From Squalus acanthias (lineage: Eukaryota), in contig CM059438.1 of NCBI GenBank assembly GCA_030390025.1, positions 52,888,001-52,952,000 on the forward strand: a DNA stretch of 64,000 nucleotides. The letters are read 5' to 3'. The notes beneath the pieces were generated by a model. The model saw only the letters and a program-made list of their open reading frames with translations, ran no database searches and was not told the origin of the DNA. Position numbers and translations under genes: made by a program. Every line of letters begins with the position of its first letter. The first letter of the stretch is position 1. Below are positions 1 to 12,000 of this stretch, piece by piece.

Positions 1-1102
1 GCCCATGGGATCCAAGGGAAAGTGGCAAGTTGGATCCAAAATTGGCTCAGTGGCAGGAAGCAAAGGGTAATGGTTGACGGGTGTTTTAGTGACTGGAAGG
101 CTGTTTCCAGTGGGGTTCCGCAGGGCTCAGTACTGGGTCCTTTGCTTTTTGTGGTATATATCAATGATTTAGACTTCAATGTAGGGGGCATGATTAAGAA
201 GTTTGCAGATGATATTGGCCGTGTGGTTGATAGTGAGGAAGAAAGTTGCAGACTGCAGGAAGATATCAATGGACTGGTCAGGTGGGCAGATAAGTGGCAA
301 ATGGAATTCAATCCGGAGAAGTATGAGGTAATGCATTTGGGGAGGTCTAACAAAGCAAGGGAATACACAATAAATGGTAGGACACTGAGAAGTGTAGAGG
401 AACAGAGTGACCTTGGAGTGCATGTCCACAGATCCCTGAAGGTAGCAGGAGAGGTTGATAAGGTGGTTAAGAAGGCATATGGGATACTTTCCTTTATTAG
501 CCTAGGCATAGAATATAAAAGCAGGGAGGTTATGCTTGAACAGTATAAAACACAGCTAGAGTACTGCATACAGTTTTGATCAGCACATTACAGGAAAGAT
601 GTGATTGCACTAGAGAGGGTAGAGAGGAGATTTACGAGAAAGTTGCCAGGACTGGAGAATTTTAACTATGAGGAAAGATTGGATAGGTTGGGGTTGTTTT
701 TTTTGGAACAGAGGAGGTTAAGGGGAAACTTAATTGATGTGTATAAAATTATTAGGGGCCTATATAGAGTGGATAGGAAGGAACTATTTCCCTTAGCAGA
801 GGTCAATAACCAGGGGGCATAGATTTAAGGTAATTGGTAGAAGGTAGAAGGGAGTTGAGGAGAACTTTTTTCACTCAGAGGGTGGTGGGGGTCTGGAGCT
901 CACTGCCTGAAAAGGTGGTAGAAGCAGAAACCCTCATCGCATTTGAAAAGTACTTGGATATACACTTGAAGTGCCATACCCCATAGGGCTACGGACCAAG
1001 AGCTGGAAAATGGGATTAGGCTGGATAGCTCTTTTTCGGCCGGCACAGACACGATGGGCTGAATGGCCTCCTTCTGTGCCATAAATTTCTGTGATTCTAT
1101 GA
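1..1102 (+). mobile_element. CR1-clade LINE, 3' part (degenerate RT C-terminus plus 3' UTR)
   Basis: ORFs 22-579 and 601-822 carry SGVPQGSVLGP and FADD RT motifs. Ends in the CR1-type tail TTCTGTGATTCTATGA. Stops and frameshifts are present. Confidence 0.92.
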
Positions 1103-2302
1103 ACAGAGCAACTGTGAGGATTTTTGAGGCCAATGCATCAGGACAACTTTGTTGTGCCTGAGTTTGTGGGAACCAATTTTGTTAGCGGGAATACAACTTC
1201 AGGTAATCATGACTTAACTTTAATAATGCTCTTTTCATACTTAGCAAACAAATAATGAGCCACTTAACCAGTACAAATAATGAAAATTTTACTAATTCAG
1301 CTGTGAATAATGAAAACTTCAGGGACATTAAAATCAAAAAGCCCATTCTATGTTCAAGGTCCCTTGGATTGAGTCATTGAGATATAGGAAGACACTGTTG
1401 GTGGAGCATATAATTATGCTACAGTTACAAAGTCCCTGATTTTAACCCAACCTGCTCTGTGGGAAGGGTGAGTAGTTAAAATTGCAAAAATTGACTTAGC
1501 GCCCCGTTCCTGCCAAAAACTCGCCAACTGCCATTTGAGCTCAGAGCTGACTTGGATCAGAAAAGCAACCGCCAGAAATAGGCGAGTGCCTCATGAATAA
1601 ATTCAAATAGGGATCTGATAATGTAATTTGGACCCCAGTGCAAATTTAACTGGGCAGGTCAGATGTCCCACCCTACAGCAAACCCGCTGAGTAAAACTTA
1701 GTGGCATTGACTTCACAAGTTGACTGACATGACTGGAAGCTGAATTTAAAAGGGCACTCACCTGCAGGCACTTAGGTGATTAGAATCTTTGGGCTGGATT
1801 TTCATAGAGCCGTTGAGGCGGGATTGGAGGCGTGTGTGGGGGTTAAAATTGCAGAAACTGGTGGGTGGGCCCAAACCCGCCTCCACGCAATTTTGATGAA
1901 ATCGTGTCTACTGGTCCCGTCGTCTCCAAGAGGCGGGAAAGGCCGTTAATGCCCTTAACAAGCCCTAAATTGGCTCTGTAATGCCATTTTGATAGTTATT
2001 TGCTAGTTTAACCCTTTTCCCACGTGAAGCACGCCTGATCTGAAACACGCCGGTGAAACCTGGCGGGAGCACAAGTGGATTGCTGACTATCAGCTGCTGC
2101 TCAACCATTAAATAGGAGATTTGATCAGCCATCATTTGCAGGTGGCAGAACTTTGTTGTCATAGGTCTGGGGGAACTTTTAGAAGGCATAACCACAGCTC
2201 TGGAAGTTTTGAGCCCGTCACCCATCTCCAGTGTGACCTCGTGGGAAACCCCTCTCGCCACCTTCATTGAGCGCTTCCTCAACTGAGGCATATACCAGAA
2301 GC

Positions 2303-3555
2303 ATGGGAGCCATTTATTTCCTTCCCTTCTGGGCATCAGATGAGGACGAACACCAGCCGCGGCACCAGCATAACCATGAACAACAGCAGCACCAACAGCA
2401 GCAGCAACAACAGGAGCGCCAAGCTGCTGCTCACCCGCCTGAAGCTGCACAGGCCAGAAGGGGCCAGCGCATGGAAGGCCGTCGGCGCAGGAGATACCCC
2501 CCAAACAGGGTCTACAGACACAGGGTCAGCTACCTCAACATGTCTGAGCAGCAGTGCCAAAGGCGGCTCTGACTTTCGCGAGAGGTAGTGGGTGACATCT
2601 GTGCAATGCTGCAACAAGACCTGGAGCCCAGAGGACCAGGTGGACACCCCTTACCAGTGGCCGTCAAAGTCACCACCGCACTCAACTTTTTTGCCTCAGG
2701 CTCATTCCAGGGATCAGCAGCAGACATCAGCGGCATCTCCCAGGCGGCCGCACACACCTGCATCACGCAGGTAACCGATGCCCTCTTTGCCATCGTGCAC
2801 AATCACATCCATTTCACCAAGGATCGAGCAAGTGTCACGGCGCGTGCGGTTGGATTAGCTAATCTGGCAGGCTTTCCAAGGGTGCAGGGTGTCGTTGACT
2901 GCACACATGTGGCCCTTAAGGCACCCCATCGCAATCCAGGTATTTTTGTCAACCGCAAGGGCTTCCACTCCCTCAACGTTCAGCTGGTGTGTGACCACAA
3001 GAAGGAAGTTTTGCATGTTTGTGCCAAGTACCCTGGCAGTTGCCATGACTCCTTCATACTGCGCCAGTCTAGTGTGCCTCCGCTATTCAGTCCACCAGAC
3101 CAACTTAATGGATGGCTACTTGGAGACAAGGGCTATCCCCTGAAGACGTGGCTAATGACGCCGTTGAGGAGCCCATCCAACGCAGCTGAGGAGCGCTACA
3201 ACTCCAGCCACATTTCCACCAGAGCCATAATTGAGAAAACCATCGGTATGCTGAAGATGCGTTCAGATGCCTGGATAGATCAGGTGGAACCCTGCAATAC
3301 TCAGCAGCCAGGGTCTCCAGAATCGTCGTGGTTTGCTGTGCACTTCACAACATGGCACAGCGTCGTGGCTTGCAGATGCCGGAGGACCAAGTGGCTCCTC
3401 ACATATCCTCCTCAGGTGAGGAGGAGGAGGAGGTGGAGGAGGAGGAGAGAGAGAATGAACATCTTACAGAGGCCCATCAACCAGCGGCAGCATTACGCGA
3501 GACCATAGCTGCCCGGAATGCAAGGAATGCACTCATCTTGGCCAGATTTGCTTAG
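2303..3555 (+). pseudogene. Harbinger DDE transposase (HARBI1-like), disrupted
   Basis: Motifs [36 protein letters not shown] and IEKTIGMLK. PolyQ N-terminus. In-frame TGA at 2570-2572 and a frameshift near 3262. Confidence 0.92.
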
Positions 3556-3800
3556 CCTAGACAATCAAGCACTTTTTCCTCGCAGCTTCTTACCAGAGCT
3601 TCGACAATGGCCAAGACCCAGCGGATCCCTAACAATTTGACCACCATACTGACAATTGCAAGTTATCCTAAGGCCTCATTGTAGAAGTCCCATTCGCGAA
3701 ATGACAGACGCCACAACTACAGCAGTAGCCATCAGAGTTTTTATTTACACTTAACATCTGATGGCTTTTTTACATTAAACATCAAATTTCACCCAAGTGA

Positions 3801-5796
3801 CTACCCTTGTGACAATTTGTGCAGTATCTTTCTCTTACGCATGCTCCTACATGGTGCTTCCCCTGTGGCTTCAGCAGAGGTGGAGGCCCCCTGCTCAGTT
3901 TGTTGCTGCTCCTGTCTCGACACCTTTGGCGGGCATCCTCTGGGGTTGCGAACCTGTGAGGGCTCGCCAACAGTCTGCTGCTCCTGCGGCTGTGCAGGGG
4001 TTGAGACGCTGATCTCAGTTGGGTGCGGACTCTGGTGAGGCTCTGACCGAGGACTTGTCAGTGGCATGGAAGTGTGAGCACTTGGAGAGGAGCCCCCACC
4101 TCCTTGTTCTCTGCCACCATCATCCCTCTCATGGGTCAGGTCCACCTCAGCGCTTGCAAGTGGATTGAGAGCACCTTGCTACACATCAGGGGGGCCATGG
4201 GGACCCGTATCTGCACTGGAAGTCCTACTCAGAAGGACTTCCATGAAGGTCTGGTTTCTGTGTTCAATAGATGACCATCGCTCCTCCAGAGATGTCATTC
4301 TATTCTGAACACTCACCATATTTTCTGCACTCTGGCGACTTATCTCCTCCATGGCCGCAGCCATCCTCTAGTCTACTGTAGCCATCCTTTCGACGGAGGT
4401 TGCCATCATTTGCACGGAGGTTGCCATCCTTTCCGTGGTGATGCGTTCATGCGCCAATGACTCCACAAAGGCTCTGCTCATGTTCGCAATGGACTCCTCC
4501 ATTCGCTCCACACTCGCAGTGACGCTGGAGACAAAACCTGCCAGAGACTCCTGCATCTGTTCCTGGAGTTCCAGCACCGCTGATCTTGTGGATGGACCCA
4601 GAGGCAGAGGGTCGACATGCAGCTGAGCCGAGCTGGCAGAGTCCTGCACCCTCTGACTAGGACTCTCCACTGCTGTCCCTGTCTCCACCATCTGCTGATG
4701 CTCACTTGTGAGCTGCGATACACCAGGTGACAACACTACTCTATGTCCCAAGGGTCCCACCGAGGTGTGAGTCTCTGCGCTGGTGCTGGGTGCGCTGAAT
4801 TCTGCTGACGCTGCGCCCTCAGAGGTTGCAGCTTCCTCTGAGGAGTCTGGATGCTCAGGCTCTTCCTCCTGGCTAGTGGGGACGGGTGCTTGCGATGGTC
4901 CTGTGGGGGAGTAAAGGAAGAGTCAGAGATGTGATGCCAAGGTTACATGCACATTGCATGTTGCAGATGATCATAAATCTATCTGTTAGAGCTTCAGATT
5001 CATTATCAGTGACTCATGCAATGTCAACGAGAGAGATGGAACACTATTCTGTCACCAGCTTGCTGTGATACACCCGTCTGTCCGTCCCCCACTTACGTAT
5101 CGTCCTCCACTCCCACGATCTCCAGGACAGTATCCTCCCAGGGGGTGAGCTGGGCTAATGAAGGTGGCCCTCCTCCTGTCCTGGCTCTTTCCCTTTTATT
5201 GTGAGCTCTCTTTTCCTGCAATGAGGGAGACAAGTGGAGTTTGAGTGAGATTGAAGGAGTGAGTGTAGAGAATCCATAGCATAGATGCTTAGGAGACAAA
5301 GATGGAGTGAGGTGGCAAGATCAAGGGCTCTCCCTGTGTGTTGTAAGTTGTTTTCATAGCATGACAGTGATAGGGAGTGTGAGGGCTGCATAGTCGAATA
5401 GTAAGGTTAATGTGACCATAGAGGGAGAGAGAATGGGTAAGGGTGCATGGATGTCAGTGTCAAGTGGGATATGGAGGAAGAGGTTGCTAAAGCTGAGTGC
5501 TGGTGAGGAGAGGCAATGGGGATCAGATTGAGGGTGAAGGGAAAGTCATAACTCACTTTTGCAGTGCGTAGAAGGTCATGAAACCTCTTCCTGCACTGAA
5601 GCCAGGTTCTGCGGGTTATGGACAAAGAGTTGACCTCCTGGGCGACCTGGACCCACGCAGCCTTGGTCTGCTAGGGAGGCTTCTTCCTCCCTGAGGAAGG
5701 GAAGAGCACCTCTTTGTTGGCTCTTGCTCCCTCCACTAAAGCTTGCAGGGCAACGTCATCGAACCTGGGAGTAGACCTGGGTCTTTGGCTGGCCAT
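3801..5796 (-). pseudogene. Harbinger Myb/SANT-like DNA-binding protein gene (NAIF1/MSANTD-like), 3 exons, disrupted
   Basis: Exons 5796-5557, 5215-5056 and 4900-3801 with GT/AG boundaries. Motifs PRFDD..L..LV, W..VA..V, RTWLQCRKRFHDL and NKRERARTGGGPP. Premature stops at 5671, 5093, 4368 and 4179. Confidence 0.85.
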
Positions 5797-8700
5797 TCCT
5801 CCTGCAGTTGCCTCTAAGATACAAGTCCAAAAGGTTGGCAGTCTGCAGAAGAAGCAAGGCTTGTTGCAGACCTTAAATGCAGCAGCAATGATGACGTCAT
5901 CGGAGGCGACTTTCAGACTGGAATAACTCATTGGCCATGGGTTCCCACACGTTGGAACTCAATTGGCCAATTAAGTTAAAATCGCATCATTCTCCCACAT
6001 CGATCTAGATTCGGGTGGGCAACACGAAAAGTGGATAACACGACCCCAACCCACCCCAGTATCAAAATCCAGCCCTTTGTGTCATTGTGAGTAGTGCATT
6101 TCCAAGCCAGTTCTGAGCTTAAAGTAGCTTCTTTCTCATTATTTTCCTTCATTAGGCACTCAATGCTTAGCATGGGTGCTGTTTTTGCTTCATCCTTTGG
6201 ATAAACGAACAGCTGGAGGAAGAAGAGATGCAGCAGCGCAGCAGCCTGAATTACTAGGACATGCAGCAGCTTGGTCTGTTAGAAGACGGCAGGTGAGGGA
6301 TACTGCTTGTATAAGGCCACAGGGTCTATAGGCCAGGACTTACTTTCTTGGATATTTCTGGAGCAATGCAGGAGGAGGTTGCACTTCACCAGCTAGACCT
6401 ATGCCTCTGCCTGCTGGACTAGGGGACCATGCTTTGCCAGTGGATGTCAAAGTCACCACCGCCCTTAACTTTTTCACCACAGGATTCTTCCAGGTTGTTA
6501 CAGGGGACATCACCTGCATCTCCCAGGCTGCAGAGCAGAGCTGCATCAAGCAGGTCGCCAATGCCCTCCTTGCCAAAGCAAACCAGTACATTACCTTCCC
6601 AATGGATGCCAACAGCCAAAATGAGAGAGTTCTGAGTGATTTGCAGTATTGACTGGCTTTCCTTGTGTCCAAGGCATAATAGACTACATTCATGTAGCTA
6701 TCAGGGCACCAGAAGATGAGCCAGCAGCTTATGTGAACAGGAAGTGCTTCTACTCCACCAATGTTCAACTGGTGTATAATTACTGCAGAAGGATAATGCA
6801 AGTTGCTGCTGTGACTCTTTTATTCTGTGACACCCATCCATCTGCATCACCTTTCTACAAATCCAGGAACGTCAAAAGGTGGCTGCTAGGGTAGTCTATT
6901 ATGCCTCTCCAAGGCAGATCACAGCTTTCAGCCCAGATTCTGCATGGCAGCCATTTGAGGTTTCACCAAAGCTGCAAAGGCTGTAAACATGGTATCTTCT
7001 TGTGAGGGTCCAGTTGCAGCATTCCTGGAGGTGGACTGCAGAGTGTTGATGACCTGGGAGATGACACCACACAGGCTGGAAGTGGACTCCTCCACACTTT
7101 CAGTCATGCTGGTGAAACCCCTTCGTAGGGCTTCCAATACCTGATTTAACTGCCTGTGAGAAGCAAACAGTTTTCTTCTCATTGCTGGGTCCCTAATGTC
7201 CATATCTTCTGCAGCAGAGCTGGGAGGTGGGCCTTTCCCTCCAGCAAGCTCTCTCCTTGACTGTCCCTGCCATCAGTACCTGCTGCTGCTCACTAGTGCT
7301 GAGTGCTTCACCACGTGCAGACCCTCTAACTCACTCTGTTAGCCAGCCGAGATGTCAATCTCTGTCCTGGTGTTTGGGAGTGATGGAGTGTGTGACAGTG
7401 GCTCTTCAGAAGGATTCTCCTCCTCTGAGGTCTCTTCAGAGTCTGTGGCTGTTGAAATGTACCTACAGGAAAGTGAAAAAGAGTTAGGAATGCACTGAAA
7501 GGCTGGACAGTAGCAGATGGCAGGCATCACTATGCAGCTTGTCCAGCTTGTGTCAAGCTGCGTGATTGTTTTTCAGAGTTTTCTGCAGCTCCAGTGATCA
7601 GTGGGATGGCTGGTCTAATGGCAACTATTAGATCCTGCAAGCCCTAAGACATGGCATTGGCCATGGTCTGGAAGCAGCAAACAATGCTACAGTCCAATCT
7701 GTCCCTATTGTCTCCAGAGCTGCAGTCTGTGCTTCCACGGAGGTGAAGGCTCCATCTGATCCCTAGCTGCCTCTTATCTGGAGAACTGATGCAAAGTTCA
7801 ATGCAGTTGCCACTTGCTGTATTGGTGCCTACAAGGAAGACAAAGCTGCTGAGATGTTGCTGCAAAGGAAAGCTATAGAATCAACAGCTGTAGAATGTTA
7901 GTTGTCTCACATCTTGGGAGATCACCCTTAGAGCCTGCGTGTAGGGATAATAGCCCAGTTTTCAACTCAGTGCGGGAATCAGGCAGATAGGGCAAGTGGC
8001 AAGCCCCCACGATGTTGCCAGTGTGATCATGCAAAATGGGAATATACCTCCTAAAATGGGTCCCCTGTACTCAGGAATCATTCGGTGTCAATTTCTCACT
8101 ACTCACTACCACTATCTAATTCTGCATCGTCTTCCTCCAGCTAAGACCCTCCTGCCCCCGCCTAGTTGATGAGCTGGAAGGATGGTACAAGATAGTGGCC
8201 TGGAATTTCCGGGGCCTATGACCACGTACACTGTCATAAGTGCCCCGTAAGTTCTGGGTTTCCGCATGCGCTGCACTGTGCATGCACGAAAACCCGGAAC
8301 TTGCGATCTGTCAAGTTTCAGCTTGACAGGTTGTACGAATCCGAGGGAAATGGACATTCGCTGGCGCAGGGTTGGGCTATTTGTTAAAGGCAAATCATGT
8401 TTAATTAACTTGATTGAATTTTTTGATGAGGTAACAGAGAGGGTTGATGAGGGCAATGCAGTTGATGTGGTGTACATGGACTTCCAAAAGGCGTTTGATA
8501 AAGTGCCACATAATAGGCTTGCCAGCAAAGTTGAAGCCCATGGAATTAAAGGGATAGTGACAGCATGGATATGAAATTGGCTAAATGACAGGAAACAGAG
8601 AGTAATGGTGAATGGCTGTTTTTCAGACTGGAGGAAGGTATACAGTGGTGTTCCCCAGGGGTCGGTACTAGGACCACTGCTTTTCTTGATATATATAAAT

Positions 8701-9010
8701 CATTTGGACTTAGGTGTACAGGGCACTATATCAAAATTTGCGGATGACACAAAACTTGGAAGTATAGTGAACAGTGAAGAGGATAGTGATAGACTTCAAG
8801 AGGACATAGACAGGCTGGTGGAATGGGAGGACACGTGGCAGGTGAAGTTTAACACAAAAAAGTGAAAAGTGATACATTTTGGTAGGAAGACAGAGGAGAG
8901 GCAATATAAACTAAAGGGTACAATCCTAAAGGGGGTGCATGAACAGAGAGACCTGGGGGTATATGTGCCCAAATCGTTGAAGGTGGCAGGGCAGGTTGAG
9001 AAAGCAGTTA

Positions 9011-12000
9011 GAAACATAGAAACATAGGAGCAGGAGTAGGCCATCTGGCCCTTCGAGCCTGCTCCGCCATTCAATATGATCATTGTTGATCCTGCAGCTC
9101 AATACCATATTCCCGCTCTCTCCCCATACCCCTTGATGCCTTTTGTGTCTAGAAATCTATCTAGCTCCTTCTTAAATATATTCAGTGTCTTGGCCTCCAC
9201 AGCCTTCTGTGGTAGAGAATTCCACAGGTTCACCACCCTCTGAGTGAAGAAATTTCTCCTCATCTCAGTCCTAAATGTCCTACCCCGTATTCTGAGACTG
9301 TGACCCCTCGTTCTAGACACCCCAGCCAGAGGAAACATCCTGCCTGCATCCAGTCTGTCTAGCCCTGTCAGAAGTTTATACGTTTCAATGAGAGCCCCTC
9401 TCATTCTTCTAAACTCTAGTGAATACAGGCCTAGTCGACCCAATCTCTCCTCATACGACAGTCCTGCCATCCCAGGAATCAGTCTGGTGAACCTTTGCTG
9501 CAGTCCCTCTATGGCAAGTATATCCTTTCTTAGGTAAGGAGACCAAAACTGCACACAGTACTCCAGGTGTGGTCTCACCAAGGCCCTGTACAACTGTAGT
9601 AAGACATCCTTGTTCCTGTACTCAAATCCTCTTGCAATGAAGGTCAACATACCATTTGCCTTCCTAACTGCTTGCTGCACCTGCATGTTTGCTTTCAGTG
9701 ACTGGTGTACAAGGACACTCAGGTCCCTTGGCACATCAGCATTTCCCAATCTATCACCATTTAAATAATACTCTACCTTTCTGTTTTTCCTACCGAAGTG
9801 GATAACTTCACATTTATCCACGTTATACTGCATCTGCTATGTATTTACCCACTCATTCAACTTGTCTAAATCGCCTTGAAGCCTCTTTGCATCCTCTTCA
9901 CAACTCACAATCCCACCTAGTTTCGTGTCATCAGCAAACTTGGAAATATTACATTTGGTTCCCTCATCCAAATCATTGATATATATTGTGAATAGCTGGG
10001 GCCCAAGCACTGATCTCTGCAGTACCCCACTAGTCACTGCCTGCCACCACGAAAAAGATTCATTTATTCCTATTCTCTGTTTCCTGTCTGTTAACCAATT
10101 TTCAATCCATGCCAGTATATTACCCCCAATCCCATGTGCTTTAATTTTGCACACTAACCTCTTTTGTGGGACTTTATCAAAGGCCTTCTGAAAATCCAAA
10201 TCCACCAAATCCACTGGTTCTCCCTTATCTATTCTACCAGTTACATCCTCAAAAAACTCAGTAGGTTTGTCAAACACGATTTCCCTTCCATAAATCCATG
10301 TTGACTTTGTCTAATCCCGTTGATATTTTCTAAGTGTCCTGTTATCACATCCTTTATAATAGACTCTAGCATTTTCCCTACTACTGATGTTAGGCTAACC
10401 GGTCTCTGGTTCCCTGTTTTCTCTCCCTCCTTTTTTAAATAGTGGGGTTACATTTGCCACCCTCCAATCTGCAGGAACTGTTCCATAATCTATAGAATTT
10501 TGGAAGATGACAACCAATGCATGCACTATTTCCATGGCTACCTCTTTTAGTACTCTGGGATGCAGATTATCAGGCCCTGGGGATTTATCAGCTTTCAGTC
10601 CCATTAATTTCTCCAGCACTATTTTTTTACTAATACTAATTTCTTTCATTCCTCCTTCTCACTAGACCCTTGGTTCCTTAGCATTTCTGGGAAATTATTT
10701 GTGTCCTCTTCCGTGAAGACAGAACCAAAGTATTTGTTTAATTGCACTGCCATTTCCTTGTTCCCCATTATAAATTCTCCCATTTCTGACTGTAAGGGAC
10801 CTACATTTGTCTTCACTAATCTTTTTCTTTTTACATACTTGTAGAAGCTTTTACAATCCGCTTTTATGTTCCTTGCAAGTTTACTCTCATATTCTATTTT
10901 TCCAGTCTTAAGCAATCTCTTGGTCCTTTTTTGCTGAACTCTAAACTGCTCCCAATCCTCAGGCTTGCTACTTTTTCTGGCAACTTTATATGACTCCTCT
11001 TTGGATCTAATACTATCCTTAATTTCTTTTGTTAGCCATGGTTGGGCCGCTTTTCCTTTTGTGTTTTTGCGCCAGAAAGGAATGTATAACTGTTACAATT
11101 CATGCATTTGTTCCTTAAATGTTAGCCATTGCCTATCCTCCATCATGCCTGTTAATGAAGCTCCCCAATCTATTATAGCCAACTTATTCCTCATACCATC
11201 ATAGTTTCCTTTGTTTAGATTTAGGACCGTAGTTTCGGATTGGACTTCTTCACTTTCCATTTTAATGAAGAATTCTATCATGTTATGGTCACTCTTCCCT
11301 AAAGGACCCCGCACAACAAGATTATTAATTAACCCTTTCTCATTGCACAATACCCAATCTAGGATAGCCTGTTCCCTAGTTGGCTCCTCAATGTACTGGT
11401 CTAAAAAACATCTCGTACACACTCCAGGAATTCATCCTCCACAGTATTATTGCTAATTTGGTTTGGCTAGTCTATATGTAGATTAAAGTCACCCATGATT
11501 ATTTCAGTAACCTTGTTACATGCATCTCTAATTTCCTGTTTGATGCCATCCCCTACATTACCACTACTGTTTGGAGGCCTATAGGCAACTCCCACCAATG
11601 TTTTCTGCCCCTTGGTGGTTCTTAGCTCCACCCAGACTGATTCTACATCTTGATTTTCTGAGCCAATATCCTTTCTCACTATTGCTCTGATTTCATCCTT
11701 TACTAACAAGGCCACCCCACCTCCTTTTCCTTTTCGCCTGTCCTTCCTAAATATCGAATATCCTTGGATATTCAGCTCCCAGCCTTGGTCACCCTGCAGC
11801 CATGTCTCCGTAATCGCAATTATATCGTATCCGTTTACATCTATTTGTGCTGTTAATAGAATCATAGAATCATAGAAAGTTACAGCACGGAAGGAGGCCA
11901 TTTTGGCCCATCGTGTCCGCACCGGCCAACAAAGAGCTATCCAGCCGAATCCCACTTCCCAGCTCTTGGTCCATAGCCCTGCAGGTTAGAGCATCCCAAG

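Larger units (their letters stand above)
1791..6075 (+). mobile_element. PIF/Harbinger DNA transposon, complete two-gene structure (copy 1)
   Basis: TIRs GGGCTGGATTTTCAT (1791) and ATCAAAATCCAGCCC (6061-6075). 3-bp TSD TTT at 1788-1790 and 6076-6078. Contains a transposase and a convergent Myb-like gene. Confidence 0.93.
1432..8096. mobile_element. Old degenerate PIF/Harbinger element split by the younger Harbinger at 1791-6075
   Basis: Broken transposase at about 6172-6894 (+; [39 protein letters not shown]) and a convergent Myb-gene-like remnant at about 6928-7870 (-). Outer ends are approximate. Confidence 0.6.

Noticed and set aside
1103..1208. Possible plus-strand exon ending CAG|GTAATC
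   Set aside because: There is no convincing acceptor outside the CR1 tail and no recognisable peptide.
2303..5796. Domesticated host HARBI1/NAIF1 genes
   Set aside because: They are enclosed by TIRs and a TSD, occur in several copies within the window, and are disrupted by stops and frameshifts.
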